In this document: piece by piece, positions 19,451-29,272 of the stretch | Position numbering within the stretch: the stretch's first letter is position 1 | Layout of the letters: each line of letters opens with the position of its first letter | Assembly (NCBI GenBank): GCA_964556185.1 | Contig: CAZKVI010000001.1 | Coordinates: 7,165-71,164, forward strand | Direction of reading: 5' to 3' | Source of the DNA: an uncultured Methanosarcinales archaeon | Lineage (GTDB): Archaea > Nanobdellota > Nanobdellia > Woesearchaeales > DSVV01 | DNA length: 64,000 bases | Notes under the pieces: model-generated | Databases searched by the model: none | What the model was told of the DNA's origin: nothing | The model's input: only the letters and a program-made list of their open reading frames with translations | Position numbers and translations under genes: made by a program

Positions 19451-21214
19451 ATGGGTGTGATGCAATATTTATCTAGTTCAAATGTAGGGCAAAAGGTATA
19501 TGCATTAGCAGCAGTTGCAACACTAGCAGCAGGAATTGGTCTTACTAAGGAAATTATTTCTCCGCAACAAGCTTTTGCACAAGAAACAACACAACAATGT
19601 GAAAGAAAATATAATGCCCATGGCCATACTGTTTTAGATTCAGAACAAGATTTTGGAACTACTTGTGAAGATTACCAAGTTCTTGATGAAATAATTGATG
19701 AAGCCAGAGAAAGAATTGATTTTAGAGATGTTCAACTTAATTCTAGAGCTGATGCTGATGAAGCTGCGCAACAAGGTGGAAGGATCTTAAAAACAATTGA
19801 TCAGATTTTGAAAGAAAAAGGTTTTGAACATGATGTAAATCATTCTACTGGTACTTATTTTAATAATTCTCTTAAAACAAAAAAATTGGATTGTGATAAT
19901 TATTCTTTTATTTATTTATCTGTTGCAGATGTATTGGATCTTCCAGTATTTGCATCTCAAGCGCCATCACATGTTTTTGTTAGGTGGCATCAAGGGACAG
20001 AAGAAAGAGGTTTTTCTTTTAATTGGGAAACATTAACAGCTAGTAGTGTTGGTGATGACCATTATAAAAGTTCTTCTAATATGACAGATGAGTCTGTTGA
20101 TCAAGGAGTTTATTTGCGTAATCTGAATAGAGATGAGACCTTGTCAATTACTTATAGTCTTTTAGTTGAAGGTTATACTGAGAATGGTGACTTTGAAAAA
20201 GCAAAAGAAGCTGCATATAAAGCAATTGGATTAAATCAAAGAAATCCTGCTGCTTATTTGGCAGCTGGAAATTTAATGAGAGAACAAGGTGCTTTTGATA
20301 AAGCTCAAGAATTATATGATGGAGTAATTGCATTGGATGCTAATTGCACTTTAGCTTACGCAGCTAAAGCAAATGCTTATCATGCTAATGGTGATTTTGA
20401 AGAGGCTATTGTATTTTTTGAAAGAGCTTTGGAACTGGGTTCTAGATATCCAGGAACTTTTGATACAGTTTCTGCAATTGCTTTAATGGCTAATTCAATG
20501 GAACAAGCAGGTAAGCCACAAGGAGAAATTGATAAAGTTGTTAGTGATTTAGAAAGTACACTTCAAGGAGGAGATACAAAAGGAGATTCTTTTCATAATG
20601 TAGGTTTGTTAAAATTTGATCAAGGCGATTATCAAGGATCTCTTGATGCACTCAATAAAGCAATAGAATTATCTGCTAGTCCTAAGAGTTATAATGGTCG
20701 TTGTGCAACCAAAATGCAGCTTGGGGATTTAGAAGGAGCATTAGTTGATTGTGAAGAAGCAATGAATTTAGGTTTAGATAATTTTAATGTTAATTATAAC
20801 AGATGTAAAGTTTTATTTAAATTAGGTAGAAATAGTGAAGCAATTAAATATGCTGAAAAAGCAGTTTCTTTAGAGCCAGAAACTGCAGATGCTCATAATT
20901 TATTAGGTGCAGTTTTACATGAACAAGGAAATTTTGAAGGAGCACTTGAACATTATCAAACAGCAATTGATTTAGGAGAACTTGGTATATTTCATTATAA
21001 TTTAAGTGTTTTACAAAAAGAAATGGGAGATCTTGATGCAGCAAAAGTAAGTCTTAAAAGAGCAGCTGATTTAGATCAACAATACCAAGATGATTATTTT
21101 AGGTTTGTGGATGGTAAATCTAGATTAGATGATAGAAAAACAGGTAGGTATATTTTAGGTGGGATATTTGCTCTTTTGCTAGGAGCAGGAGCTTGGCTGG
21201 CAATGAGAAGATAA
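19451..21214 (+). CDS. Membrane-anchored transglutaminase-like cysteine-protease domain protein with TPR repeats.
   Basis: N-terminal signal/TM. CDNYSFIYLSVADVLDLPV...APSHVFVRWH is a Cys-His core typical of the transglutaminase-like fold. There are 8 or more TPR units (AYLAAGNLMREQGAFDKAQELYD, AYAAKANAYHANGDFEEAIVFFERALEL, etc.) and a C-terminal TM. Confidence 0.6.
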   Translation: MGVMQYLSSSNVGQKVYALAAVATLAAGIGLTKEIISPQQAFAQETTQQCERKYNAHGHTVLDSEQDFGTTCEDYQVLDEIIDEARERIDFRDVQLNSRADADEAAQQGGRILKTIDQILKEKGFEHDVNHSTGTYFNNSLKTKKLDCDNYSFIYLSVADVLDLPVFASQAPSHVFVRWHQGTEERGFSFNWETLTASSVGDDHYKSSSNMTDESVDQGVYLRNLNRDETLSITYSLLVEGYTENGDFEKAKEAAYKAIGLNQRNPAAYLAAGNLMREQGAFDKAQELYDGVIALDANCTLAYAAKANAYHANGDFEEAIVFFERALELGSRYPGTFDTVSAIALMANSMEQAGKPQGEIDKVVSDLESTLQGGDTKGDSFHNVGLLKFDQGDYQGSLDALNKAIELSASPKSYNGRCATKMQLGDLEGALVDCEEAMNLGLDNFNVNYNRCKVLFKLGRNSEAIKYAEKAVSLEPETADAHNLLGAVLHEQGNFEGALEHYQTAIDLGELGIFHYNLSVLQKEMGDLDAAKVSLKRAADLDQQYQDDYFRFVDGKSRLDDRKTGRYILGGIFALLLGAGAWLAMRR

Positions 21215-21275
21215 ACTTTTATGTATTATTCTAAGGTAATCTTTATATAATGAAACGTATTTCTCTACTTTTACA

Positions 21276-22313
21276 ATGGGTGCAATGGGATATATGGCAA
21301 AAGCAGTACAAAGTAGGCCTTTACAGATGTTAGCTTTAGCTTCTACCTTAATTATAGCATCAGCCGCATATTCTCGGGATGCGAATGCTCTTGAAGGACC
21401 AAGTACATCATATAATACTATTCAGGTAATAAAGTATTCACCTGGTCAAGCAGTTGAAAAAGGTTCTGATTCAGTTTCTGATGATGGACTCGCAATTCAA
21501 GGAGGAGGTAGTGGTGTTGGTTCTCAATCTGGTTCTGGATCGTATGGCAGGCAAGAAAGTGCTGATAGGGCTGAGCCAGTTACTGATACTTATTTAGCTC
21601 AACATGTTTATGGAGATGATGTTGCAGAACCTTCTGAGGTTTATCTTGAAGAACTTGCACAAACAAGCACACCAGTTGATACTTATGTTCCTGATAATCA
21701 ATGTAGAACTGATGATTCTTTGGATTCTTTGCTTGCAGGTGTTAAGACAGATGAAAAAGTTGAAATGACAACTGAAGAAAAATATATATTAGGTGGTGTT
21801 GCAATTTTTGCTATTTTATTCCTTGGAGCGTTTGGAACTTTTGCTTATTTTGATTCAAGAAAAGAAGAACAAAAATCAAGAAGAAGTTCAAGACAAGATA
21901 GATATACTACTTCACCAGCACTTCGAGATGAAAAAAGAAGAAAAAGAGAAGAAGATGAAGAACCTTCTGAACCAAAAGAACCATCAATATTGGAAAGAGA
22001 TATATTTGAGATGTTATCTTCAGCATATTCAAGTTGGTTTGGTGGTAAAGAAAGTTCAACTGAAACATCTGATTCAACATCTGGTGCTTCACAACCAGAT
22101 ACAAGTACAACTTATGTTGATCCGGAACCTGAACCAGCTCCTGATTATAGGGGTTTAAAAAGAGATCGTGGAGCAAGAGGTATCTGGTCTCGTTTTGCAA
22201 CACCCACATCTGAACAACAACCTACTGCAACTGTTGATCCTGAAGTTGCTGCAAGAAGAGAAAAAGAAAGAAAAAAGAAAAAAAGAAGACGAAAAAGGAA
22301 AAAAGGTTACTAA
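21276..22313 (+). CDS. Secreted single-pass membrane protein with a Gly/Ser-rich ectodomain and a K/R/E-rich cytoplasmic tail.
   Basis: Signal-like N-terminus, TM (YILGGVAIFAILFLGAFGTFAYF), C-terminal KERKKKKRRRKRKKGY. Confidence 0.4.
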   Translation: MGAMGYMAKAVQSRPLQMLALASTLIIASAAYSRDANALEGPSTSYNTIQVIKYSPGQAVEKGSDSVSDDGLAIQGGGSGVGSQSGSGSYGRQESADRAEPVTDTYLAQHVYGDDVAEPSEVYLEELAQTSTPVDTYVPDNQCRTDDSLDSLLAGVKTDEKVEMTTEEKYILGGVAIFAILFLGAFGTFAYFDSRKEEQKSRRSSRQDRYTTSPALRDEKRRKREEDEEPSEPKEPSILERDIFEMLSSAYSSWFGGKESSTETSDSTSGASQPDTSTTYVDPEPEPAPDYRGLKRDRGARGIWSRFATPTSEQQPTATVDPEVAARREKERKKKKRRRKRKKGY

Positions 22314-22315
22314 CT

Positions 22316-22846
22316 CTACTTAACTCCATTCTCTGTTACAATTAAATCCATTTTGATATCATGTTCTTCTTCAAAGACATTGTTTGTGATTTGGAAGTCA
22401 AAGCATACACCAATCTTAACACACTTTTTATCTTTCAGAAACTTGTCATAGTAACCTTTGCCCATTCCTATTCTCCAACCTTTTTTGTCAAAGGCTACGC
22501 CAGGAACAATTACAACGTCTATTTCTTCTTCAAATTTGTAAGTATCTGGTTCAAGAACATCGTATTTACCAAGAACAAACTTTTCAAAATCCTCGACCAC
22601 AAACGGAACTAATTCATTTTCAATTATTCTTGGTAATAATATTTTTTTACCATGTAAGAAATCTCTCATTAAAGGAAGTAAATCAACTTCTTTGTTAATA
22701 GGATAATAAAACATAATTGATTTAGCTTTCCAAACTCTATCTACTTCAGCTAATTTTGCAATTATCTTATCACTTTTATCTCTAATGTCTTCAGTAGATA
22801 AAAATAATCTTTTTTCTTTGAATTTATCTCTAATTTCTCGTTTCAT
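22316..22846 (-). CDS. 5-formyltetrahydrofolate cyclo-ligase.
   Basis: YYPINKEVDLLPL and VIVPGVAFDKKGWRIGMGKGYYDKFL motifs. It overlaps the purD stop by 4 nt, so the two are likely an operon. Confidence 0.65.
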   Translation of the reverse strand: MKREIRDKFKEKRLFLSTEDIRDKSDKIIAKLAEVDRVWKAKSIMFYYPINKEVDLLPLMRDFLHGKKILLPRIIENELVPFVVEDFEKFVLGKYDVLEPDTYKFEEEIDVVIVPGVAFDKKGWRIGMGKGYYDKFLKDKKCVKIGVCFDFQITNNVFEEEHDIKMDLIVTENGVK

Positions 22847-24153
22847 TGTCGTAATAAGTTCATGTGATCAATTCTTTTTTGTATTAAAGGAGCTGTTCCA
22901 ATATCTTCTCTATGGAAAATCTTTCCTTTTGCTTTTGAAACACCTTCCTCTGCAATTTTTTCAGCTTCTGCAATTGTATCTGCAATTCCTAAGAATGCGA
23001 TTGCTCGAGAAGTAGACATGTTTAATTTTCCATCTTCTTTGTCTACAGAAGCAAAATACATTCTTACATTAGATGGTACTTCAGAAATATCAACTTCTTC
23101 ACCTTTGACAGGATCATCTGGATACCCTTCTGGTACTGCGTATTTTACAACAGTTGCTTTATTCTCAAACTCAACATTTAAGTCTGCTAAAGTTCCAGCT
23201 ATAACAGCTCTACAAATTTCAGTAAAATCTGTTTTTAATAATGGTAAGACATTCATTGCTTCTGGATCACCAAATCTTGCATTGTATTCAATTAATTTAA
23301 CACCGTCTTTTGTTGCAATGAATCCACCATACATTACACCTTTGTATAAATCTTTGAATTCTTGATGTAATGCATTACAAACTTTTTGTGTAATTTCTAA
23401 TGCTTCATCAACATCTTTTTGTGTTAAAAATGGTAAAGAATGATTAGCATCACCATAGCAACCCATTCCACCTGTGTTTGGACCTTTGTCTCCAACATAA
23501 GCTCTTTTATGATCTTGTGCAATTGGTGAACCAATAACTGTTTTTCCATCTGTAATACATTGTAATGAAAATTCTTCACCTACTAATTTTTCTTCAATAA
23601 CTACTTTTCCAGATCTTTGAATGCAATGTTCTGCATAAGCAATTGCTTCTTCTTTGTTCTTAAGATGTTCACCCATTAATTTTACTCCTTTACCACCAAG
23701 TAAAGCATCGTATTTAACTACAAAGTCATTTCCTAAAGCTTCCATAAATTCTACAACACCTTCCATTGTATGGAAAACTTTGAATTCTGGATTTCCTGGA
23801 ATATTATATTTTGCTAAGATATTTCTTGTAAAAGATTTAGAAGTTTCTAATTGTGCTAAAACTTTTTTTGGACCAAATGAAGGAATATTAATTTCTTCTA
23901 ATAAATCAACTACACCTGCTTCTAAAGGTGCTTCTGGTGCAACTACTGCGAACTCTGGCTTGATTTTTTCAGCGAATTCTTTTATTGATTCTAAATCATC
24001 ATATTTTCCTACATAGAATTCTTCACTGTGTTCAATAACACCAGGATTTTTACCTGCTATATATGAATATAGCTTTACTTCGTTGTTTCTCTTCAATACT
24101 TCTGCTAAAGCATGTGCTCTTGCACTGTTTCCTAATAATAATACGTTTACCAT
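22843..24153 (-). CDS. purD: Phosphoribosylamine-glycine ligase (GAR synthetase).
   Basis: N-terminal VLLLGNSARAHALAEVL, ATP-grasp core and GARS C-domain. Length is 436 aa. Confidence 0.85.
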   Translation of the reverse strand: MVNVLLLGNSARAHALAEVLKRNNEVKLYSYIAGKNPGVIEHSEEFYVGKYDDLESIKEFAEKIKPEFAVVAPEAPLEAGVVDLLEEINIPSFGPKKVLAQLETSKSFTRNILAKYNIPGNPEFKVFHTMEGVVEFMEALGNDFVVKYDALLGGKGVKLMGEHLKNKEEAIAYAEHCIQRSGKVVIEEKLVGEEFSLQCITDGKTVIGSPIAQDHKRAYVGDKGPNTGGMGCYGDANHSLPFLTQKDVDEALEITQKVCNALHQEFKDLYKGVMYGGFIATKDGVKLIEYNARFGDPEAMNVLPLLKTDFTEICRAVIAGTLADLNVEFENKATVVKYAVPEGYPDDPVKGEEVDISEVPSNVRMYFASVDKEDGKLNMSTSRAIAFLGIADTIAEAEKIAEEGVSKAKGKIFHREDIGTAPLIQKRIDHMNLLRQ

Positions 24154-24209
24154 TGTAGTTTTTCCAGAAATGGGAATTTTTATAAAGTTTATGCTGCTTT
24201 TTCCTTAAT

Positions 24210-24788
24210 ATGGTAAATGATACAGTGAGTTTTTTAGATTCACCTGATAAATTCAAATATTTGTATGATTTAATCAGTCCTTTGTTTAGTCAGCTAGTAG
24301 TAGCTATTATTCTATTATTGATTGGTTTTGTTATTGGAAAAGTAATTGGTAGATTAATACAAAAAGCTTTGCAAGAAGTTGAATTAAATAAATTAGTTAG
24401 ACATACAGTAGGACTAAGATTAAGATTAGAACAAATTATATCTGGTTTTGTAACTTATTTTATTTATTTTGTATCGGTTGTTATGGCTTTAGAAGTCATG
24501 AATTTAAGATCAATAATTGTTTATTTGATCTCAGGTGGAGTAATATTGATAATTATATTGTCAGTTATATTAGGTATTAAAGATTTCATGCCAAACTTCT
24601 TTGCAGGACTAACTTTACACAGAAAAGGTTTGCTAAAAGAAGGAGATAAAGTAAGATTTGAGAATGTTAGTGGGAAAATAATTGATTTTACATTGAATGA
24701 TGTTAAGATAGAAGCAAAGAATGGCGATGTTATATTTGTACCAAATGCACAATTTCTAAAGAATAAGTTTGTTAAGTTGAAGAAGTAA
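24210..24788 (+). CDS. Small MscS-like mechanosensitive channel family protein.
   Basis: TM helices followed by a GKIIDFTLNDVKIEAKNGDVIFVPNAQF beta-domain motif, as in MscS. Confidence 0.5.
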   Translation: MVNDTVSFLDSPDKFKYLYDLISPLFSQLVVAIILLLIGFVIGKVIGRLIQKALQEVELNKLVRHTVGLRLRLEQIISGFVTYFIYFVSVVMALEVMNLRSIIVYLISGGVILIIILSVILGIKDFMPNFFAGLTLHRKGLLKEGDKVRFENVSGKIIDFTLNDVKIEAKNGDVIFVPNAQFLKNKFVKLKK

Positions 24789-24789
24789 A

Positions 24790-25185
24790 ATGGATGATTT
24801 AGATAAAGAAATCGAAGAGTTGTACATAAATAAGAAATATAATTGTTGTAGGACAGTGATGTTTATTCTTTCTAAGAAATTTGATATTGAATTATCTGAA
24901 GAAATGCAAAAGCTTTGTAGTTTTTATGGTGGAGGAATAGGAAGATCAGGATGTGTATGTGGTGCATTGATTGGTGCATTGAATATTGCTGCTTTAAAAC
25001 ATGGTGAAGTATCTGATGATCCTCAAAATAATGCATATAAAATAGCTAATCAAATTCATTCTGAGTTTATTAAGGCAAATGGATCTGCTTGTTGTAAGAT
25101 TTTAAGAGGAGATTTTTCTAAACCAGGAGAAAATTGTAAGAAAATAATAAAGAGTGCTGTTATCATATCTTCTAATTTGTTGTAA
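24790..25185 (+). CDS. C_GCAxxG_C_C family (putative redox-active) protein.
   Basis: Cys pattern NCCRT...CVCGALIGA...CCKIL. Confidence 0.55.
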   Translation: MDDLDKEIEELYINKKYNCCRTVMFILSKKFDIELSEEMQKLCSFYGGGIGRSGCVCGALIGALNIAALKHGEVSDDPQNNAYKIANQIHSEFIKANGSACCKILRGDFSKPGENCKKIIKSAVIISSNLL

Positions 25186-25278
25186 GCAAAAAACAAAACT
25201 TTTCGTCAGAAATTAACAAAATTTATAAAGAATTTTACTTTATTGTTTTTATACTTATTGGGGGAATTCTAGCTAAAA

Positions 25279-26112
25279 ATGAATGAAAATAAAGCTTTAG
25301 TTGTCTTTCAGGACAAAAAAATCAGGAGAACTTGGCATAAAGATGAATGGTATTTTTCAGTGGTTGATGTGGTCCAGGTTTTAACAAATAGTCCAACTCC
25401 AAGACAATATTGGGGCAAAGTGAAAGATCGTGAATTTAATGCTCTTCAACTGTCCCCAATTTGGGTACAGTTGAAATTGCCTGCAGAAGATGGTAAATTG
25501 AGGCTTACAGACTGTGCAGATACTAAATCTATGTTTAGACTTATTCAATCAATACCTTCAAAAAAAGCAGAACCTTTCAAGCAATGGCTTGCTAAAGTAG
25601 GTCATGAAAGAGTCCAAGAAATAGAAAATCCTGAATTAGCGCAAGATAGAGCAAGAAAATACTATGAATTAAAAGGTTATCCACAAGCTTGGATTGAGAA
25701 AAGATTGAGAGGAATAGCTATAAGACAAGATCTTACAAATGAATGGAATCAAAGAGGAGTACAAGAAGGCAAAGAGTTTGCAATTCTTACAAATGAAATT
25801 TCTAAAGCCACTTTTGGAATTCCAATTAAAGAACACAAAAGAGTAAAAGGTCTTGAACCAAAATACAAAAATCAAAATCTAAGGGACCATATGAATGATT
25901 TGGAAATAATATTTTCAATGCTTGGTGAAAAATTAGCAACAGAAACAACAAAGAAAAAAGATGCACAAGGCTTTAATGAAAACAAAGATGCGGCAGTTGA
26001 AGGAGGCAAAGTGGCAGGCAGAGCAAGAGTCGATGCGGAGAAAAGCCTTGGGATTAAAGTTGTTTCTGAAGATAATTATTTAGATGTTGATAAGAAGAAA
26101 GAGTTGAAGTGA
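25279..26112 (+). CDS. Bro-N domain protein (DinD / phage antirepressor-like).
   Basis: N-terminus ALVVFQDKKIRRTWHKDEWYFSVVDVVQVLT matches the Bro-N core (IRvv..dge.wFva.Dva.aL). Confidence 0.55.
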   Translation: MNENKALVVFQDKKIRRTWHKDEWYFSVVDVVQVLTNSPTPRQYWGKVKDREFNALQLSPIWVQLKLPAEDGKLRLTDCADTKSMFRLIQSIPSKKAEPFKQWLAKVGHERVQEIENPELAQDRARKYYELKGYPQAWIEKRLRGIAIRQDLTNEWNQRGVQEGKEFAILTNEISKATFGIPIKEHKRVKGLEPKYKNQNLRDHMNDLEIIFSMLGEKLATETTKKKDAQGFNENKDAAVEGGKVAGRARVDAEKSLGIKVVSEDNYLDVDKKKELK

Positions 26113-26179
26113 ATTATTTTTCATACTTTATATGTAATCCACAATAACCTTTATAAACAAAACACCCTTCTTCAGGCTA

Positions 26180-27754
26180 ATGGCAGATAAACCATTACAT
26201 TGGGCTGATCAGTTAGCAGCTAGAGTAATCCATCAGAAAGGTGATAAAGATGAATATACAGTAGCTGCTGGTATAACACCTTCTGGTACAGTTCATATAG
26301 GTAATTTCAGAGAAATCATAACAGTTGATATAGTTAGAAGGGCTTTAGAGCATGCTGGCAAAAAAACAAGATTCATATATTCCTGGGATGATTTTGATGT
26401 ATTTCGAAAGGTTCCTAAGAATATGCCTGCGCAAGATATTCTAAAAGAGTTTCTAAGAAAGCCAATAGTTGATACACCTGATACTTTTGATTGCAAACAT
26501 GATAGCTTTGCAGAGCATAATGAAAAAGAAGTTGAAGATGTATTGCCTTTAGTGGATGTTAATCCAACATATATAAGACAATCAGAACAATATCGAAAAT
26601 GTGTTTATGCAGATGGACTAAAAACAGCTTTAGAAAATACAAAACAAATTAAAGAAATCTTAGACAAATATAGAAAAGAAGATTTAGCAGATGATTGGTT
26701 ACCTGTTTCTATTTTCTGTGAAAAGTGTAAAAAAGATACAGTTACAAAAATTGAGTATAAAGGAAAATACAATCTCTACTACGAATGCGAATGTGGACAT
26801 AAAGATGAATTTGATTTTAGAAAAAAAGGTATTGCAAAACTGTTATGGAGAATTGATTGGCCAATGCGTTGGCAAAAAGAAGATGTTGATTTTGAACCAG
26901 CTGGAAAAGAACATTCAACACCTGGCGGAAGTCGAACAACTGCTGTAGAGATTGCAAAAGAAGTGTACAATCAAGAACCTCCTGTTTACCAAATGTATGA
27001 TTTTATAATTATAAAAGGTCAAGGAGGAAAAATGAGTTCTTCTCTTGGAAATGTTATTAGAATTAAAGATGCTTTGGATATTTATGAACCAACAATTTTA
27101 AGATGGTTGTTTGCAGGAACAAGACCAAATACAGAGTTTGCAATTTCTTTTGATTTAGATGTTCTAAAAATCTATGAAGACTTTGACAAATGCGAAAGAA
27201 TTTATTTTGGAGAACAAAAAGTAAAGAATGAAAAAGTTTTGGCAAATGAAAAAAGAATTTATGAATTAAGTCATGTTGGAAAAATACCAAAAACAATACC
27301 TTTCCAACCATCATTTAGACATTTAACAAATGTTTTGCAACAAAATCATTTAGATATTGAAAAATCAATTTCATATTATGAAAAACAATTGAAAAACAAA
27401 GAAGATAAAGAAAGATTACGAACAAGGGCAAAGTGTGCTGTCTGTTGGCTGCAAAAGTATGCTCCTGAGGATTTTAAATTTAGTTTGAATGATAAATTAC
27501 CAAAAGGATTGGAATTATCTAAAGATCAAGTTAAAGCATTAAAAGATGTTGCAAAGATTTTGAAAGAAAAAGAATGGGAAGATAAAGAACTACATGAAGA
27601 ATGTTATATTATAATAAAAAACAACAACTTAGAAATCAAAGACTTTTTTACTGCAGCTTACCAAGTTTTGATTGGCAAAGAAAAAGGACCTAAATTAGCA
27701 GCTTTTTTAATTGAAATTAAACCTAAAGCAATTGAGTTATTTGAAGCATTGTAA
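26180..27754 (+). CDS. lysK: Lysyl-tRNA synthetase, class I (archaeal type).
   Basis: PSGTVHIGNFREI is the HIGH motif, KMSSSLGN is the KMSKS motif, and the domain order is that of class I LysRS. Confidence 0.8.
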   Translation: MADKPLHWADQLAARVIHQKGDKDEYTVAAGITPSGTVHIGNFREIITVDIVRRALEHAGKKTRFIYSWDDFDVFRKVPKNMPAQDILKEFLRKPIVDTPDTFDCKHDSFAEHNEKEVEDVLPLVDVNPTYIRQSEQYRKCVYADGLKTALENTKQIKEILDKYRKEDLADDWLPVSIFCEKCKKDTVTKIEYKGKYNLYYECECGHKDEFDFRKKGIAKLLWRIDWPMRWQKEDVDFEPAGKEHSTPGGSRTTAVEIAKEVYNQEPPVYQMYDFIIIKGQGGKMSSSLGNVIRIKDALDIYEPTILRWLFAGTRPNTEFAISFDLDVLKIYEDFDKCERIYFGEQKVKNEKVLANEKRIYELSHVGKIPKTIPFQPSFRHLTNVLQQNHLDIEKSISYYEKQLKNKEDKERLRTRAKCAVCWLQKYAPEDFKFSLNDKLPKGLELSKDQVKALKDVAKILKEKEWEDKELHEECYIIIKNNNLEIKDFFTAAYQVLIGKEKGPKLAAFLIEIKPKAIELFEAL

Positions 27755-27792
27755 TACATAACTATAAATACTAATAAAAATAAATAAAGAAA

Positions 27793-28131
27793 ATGGCAAG
27801 AAAAACTATTGGATTATACGAAGACATTGAAATTCATGGTAAAAAGAAAGAAAAAACAGTAAAAGCTAGAATTGATACAGGTGCTACAAAGAGTTCAATA
27901 GATATGACTTTAGTTGCAGAATTAGGTCTTGGACCAGTAATTAACACAAGAATTGTTAAATCCACCCATGGAACAATGTTAAGACCAGTTATAAAAGTTG
28001 ATTTAACAATTGAAGGAGATAGAATTACTGCAGAGTTTACTGTTGCAGATCGTGGTCATATGAAATATAGAGTTTTAATTGGCCAAAATGTATTAAAAGC
28101 AGAAAAATTCATTATAGATCCTTTAAAATAA
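27793..28131 (+). CDS. Retropepsin-like aspartic protease (RimK-associated putative ATP-dependent zinc protease family).
   Basis: RIDTGATKSS is a DTGA catalytic motif. The 112-aa protein sits immediately upstream of the rimK-like gene. Confidence 0.55.
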   Translation: MARKTIGLYEDIEIHGKKKEKTVKARIDTGATKSSIDMTLVAELGLGPVINTRIVKSTHGTMLRPVIKVDLTIEGDRITAEFTVADRGHMKYRVLIGQNVLKAEKFIIDPLK

Positions 28132-28142
28132 AAGGTGGGGAA

Positions 28143-29231
28143 ATGAAAGCAGCATTAATAAGTTTAGGAAGTGTATCTTCACAATGGACAATTGAAGCTA
28201 TGAAAAAATACTTTGATGAAGTTGATGAAATAGATCTTAGAAGTATTGAAGTTAATCTAGGTAAGAAATCAGAACCAGTATTATTTGAAGGAGAACCACT
28301 AAAAGATTATGATTGTATTTTTGCAAAAGGATCATTTAGATATTCAGGGATATTACATTCTTTAACATTATTTTTACAAGGTAAATCATATATGCCAATA
28401 AATGCAGATGCATTTACTTATGCACATAATAAGTTATTAACACATTTATTATTACAAAAAGCAGAAGTACCAATGCCAAGGACTTATTTCTCTCCTACTG
28501 TTAAAGCAGCAAGGCAAATCTTAGAAAAAGTTAATTATCCAATTATTATGAAGTTTCCTCAAGGAACTCAAGGTAAAGGAGTAATGTTTGCAGATTCTTT
28601 TGCATCTGCATCTTCTGTTTTAGATGCCTTAGAAACATTAAAGCAACCATTTCTAGTTCAAGAATATGTTGAAACAGAAGGAACAGACATAAGGGCAATT
28701 GTTGTCGGAGATAAAGTTGTTGCAGCAATGGAAAGACAAGCCGTTAAGGGTGAAGCAAGAGCTAATATTCACGCTGGTGGTAAAGGAAAAGCAATTACAC
28801 TAGATAATTTTACAAAAAAGATTGCAGTGCAAGCATCAAGAGCAGTTGGTGCTGACATTTGCGGAGTTGATATTCTCGAAGGACCAAAAGGTCCTGTTGT
28901 TATTGAAGTTAATATTTCTCCTGGCTTACAAGGTATAACAGGCGTAACAAAGATTGATGTTGCTGACCATATTGCAAGATTTTTGTTTGCAAAAGCTCAA
29001 GATATGAAAACATCACAAGTAAAACCAACAGCTGATGAAATATTAAAAGAAGTTCTTGAACAAGATAAACCAAAAGAACAAAAAGATGAATTTATTTCAC
29101 AATTAGATTTCAGAGGAGAAAGAATATTGTTACCAGAGGTTGTTACAAAGCATGGTGGTTTTTCAGAAGATGATGAATACACAGTACATATTGAAAAAGG
29201 TAAATTAAGTATTAAGAAATTCATATTGTGA
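28143..29231 (+). CDS. RimK-family ATP-grasp alpha-L-glutamate ligase.
   Basis: ATP-grasp core (EYVETEGTDIRAIVVGDKVVAAMERQA, GVDILEGPKGPVVIEVNISPG). Confidence 0.7.
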   Translation: MKAALISLGSVSSQWTIEAMKKYFDEVDEIDLRSIEVNLGKKSEPVLFEGEPLKDYDCIFAKGSFRYSGILHSLTLFLQGKSYMPINADAFTYAHNKLLTHLLLQKAEVPMPRTYFSPTVKAARQILEKVNYPIIMKFPQGTQGKGVMFADSFASASSVLDALETLKQPFLVQEYVETEGTDIRAIVVGDKVVAAMERQAVKGEARANIHAGGKGKAITLDNFTKKIAVQASRAVGADICGVDILEGPKGPVVIEVNISPGLQGITGVTKIDVADHIARFLFAKAQDMKTSQVKPTADEILKEVLEQDKPKEQKDEFISQLDFRGERILLPEVVTKHGGFSEDDEYTVHIEKGKLSIKKFIL

Positions 29232-29272
29232 TGGTAGTTAAATTTAAATAGGATCTTTCCCAGAATTAATCT

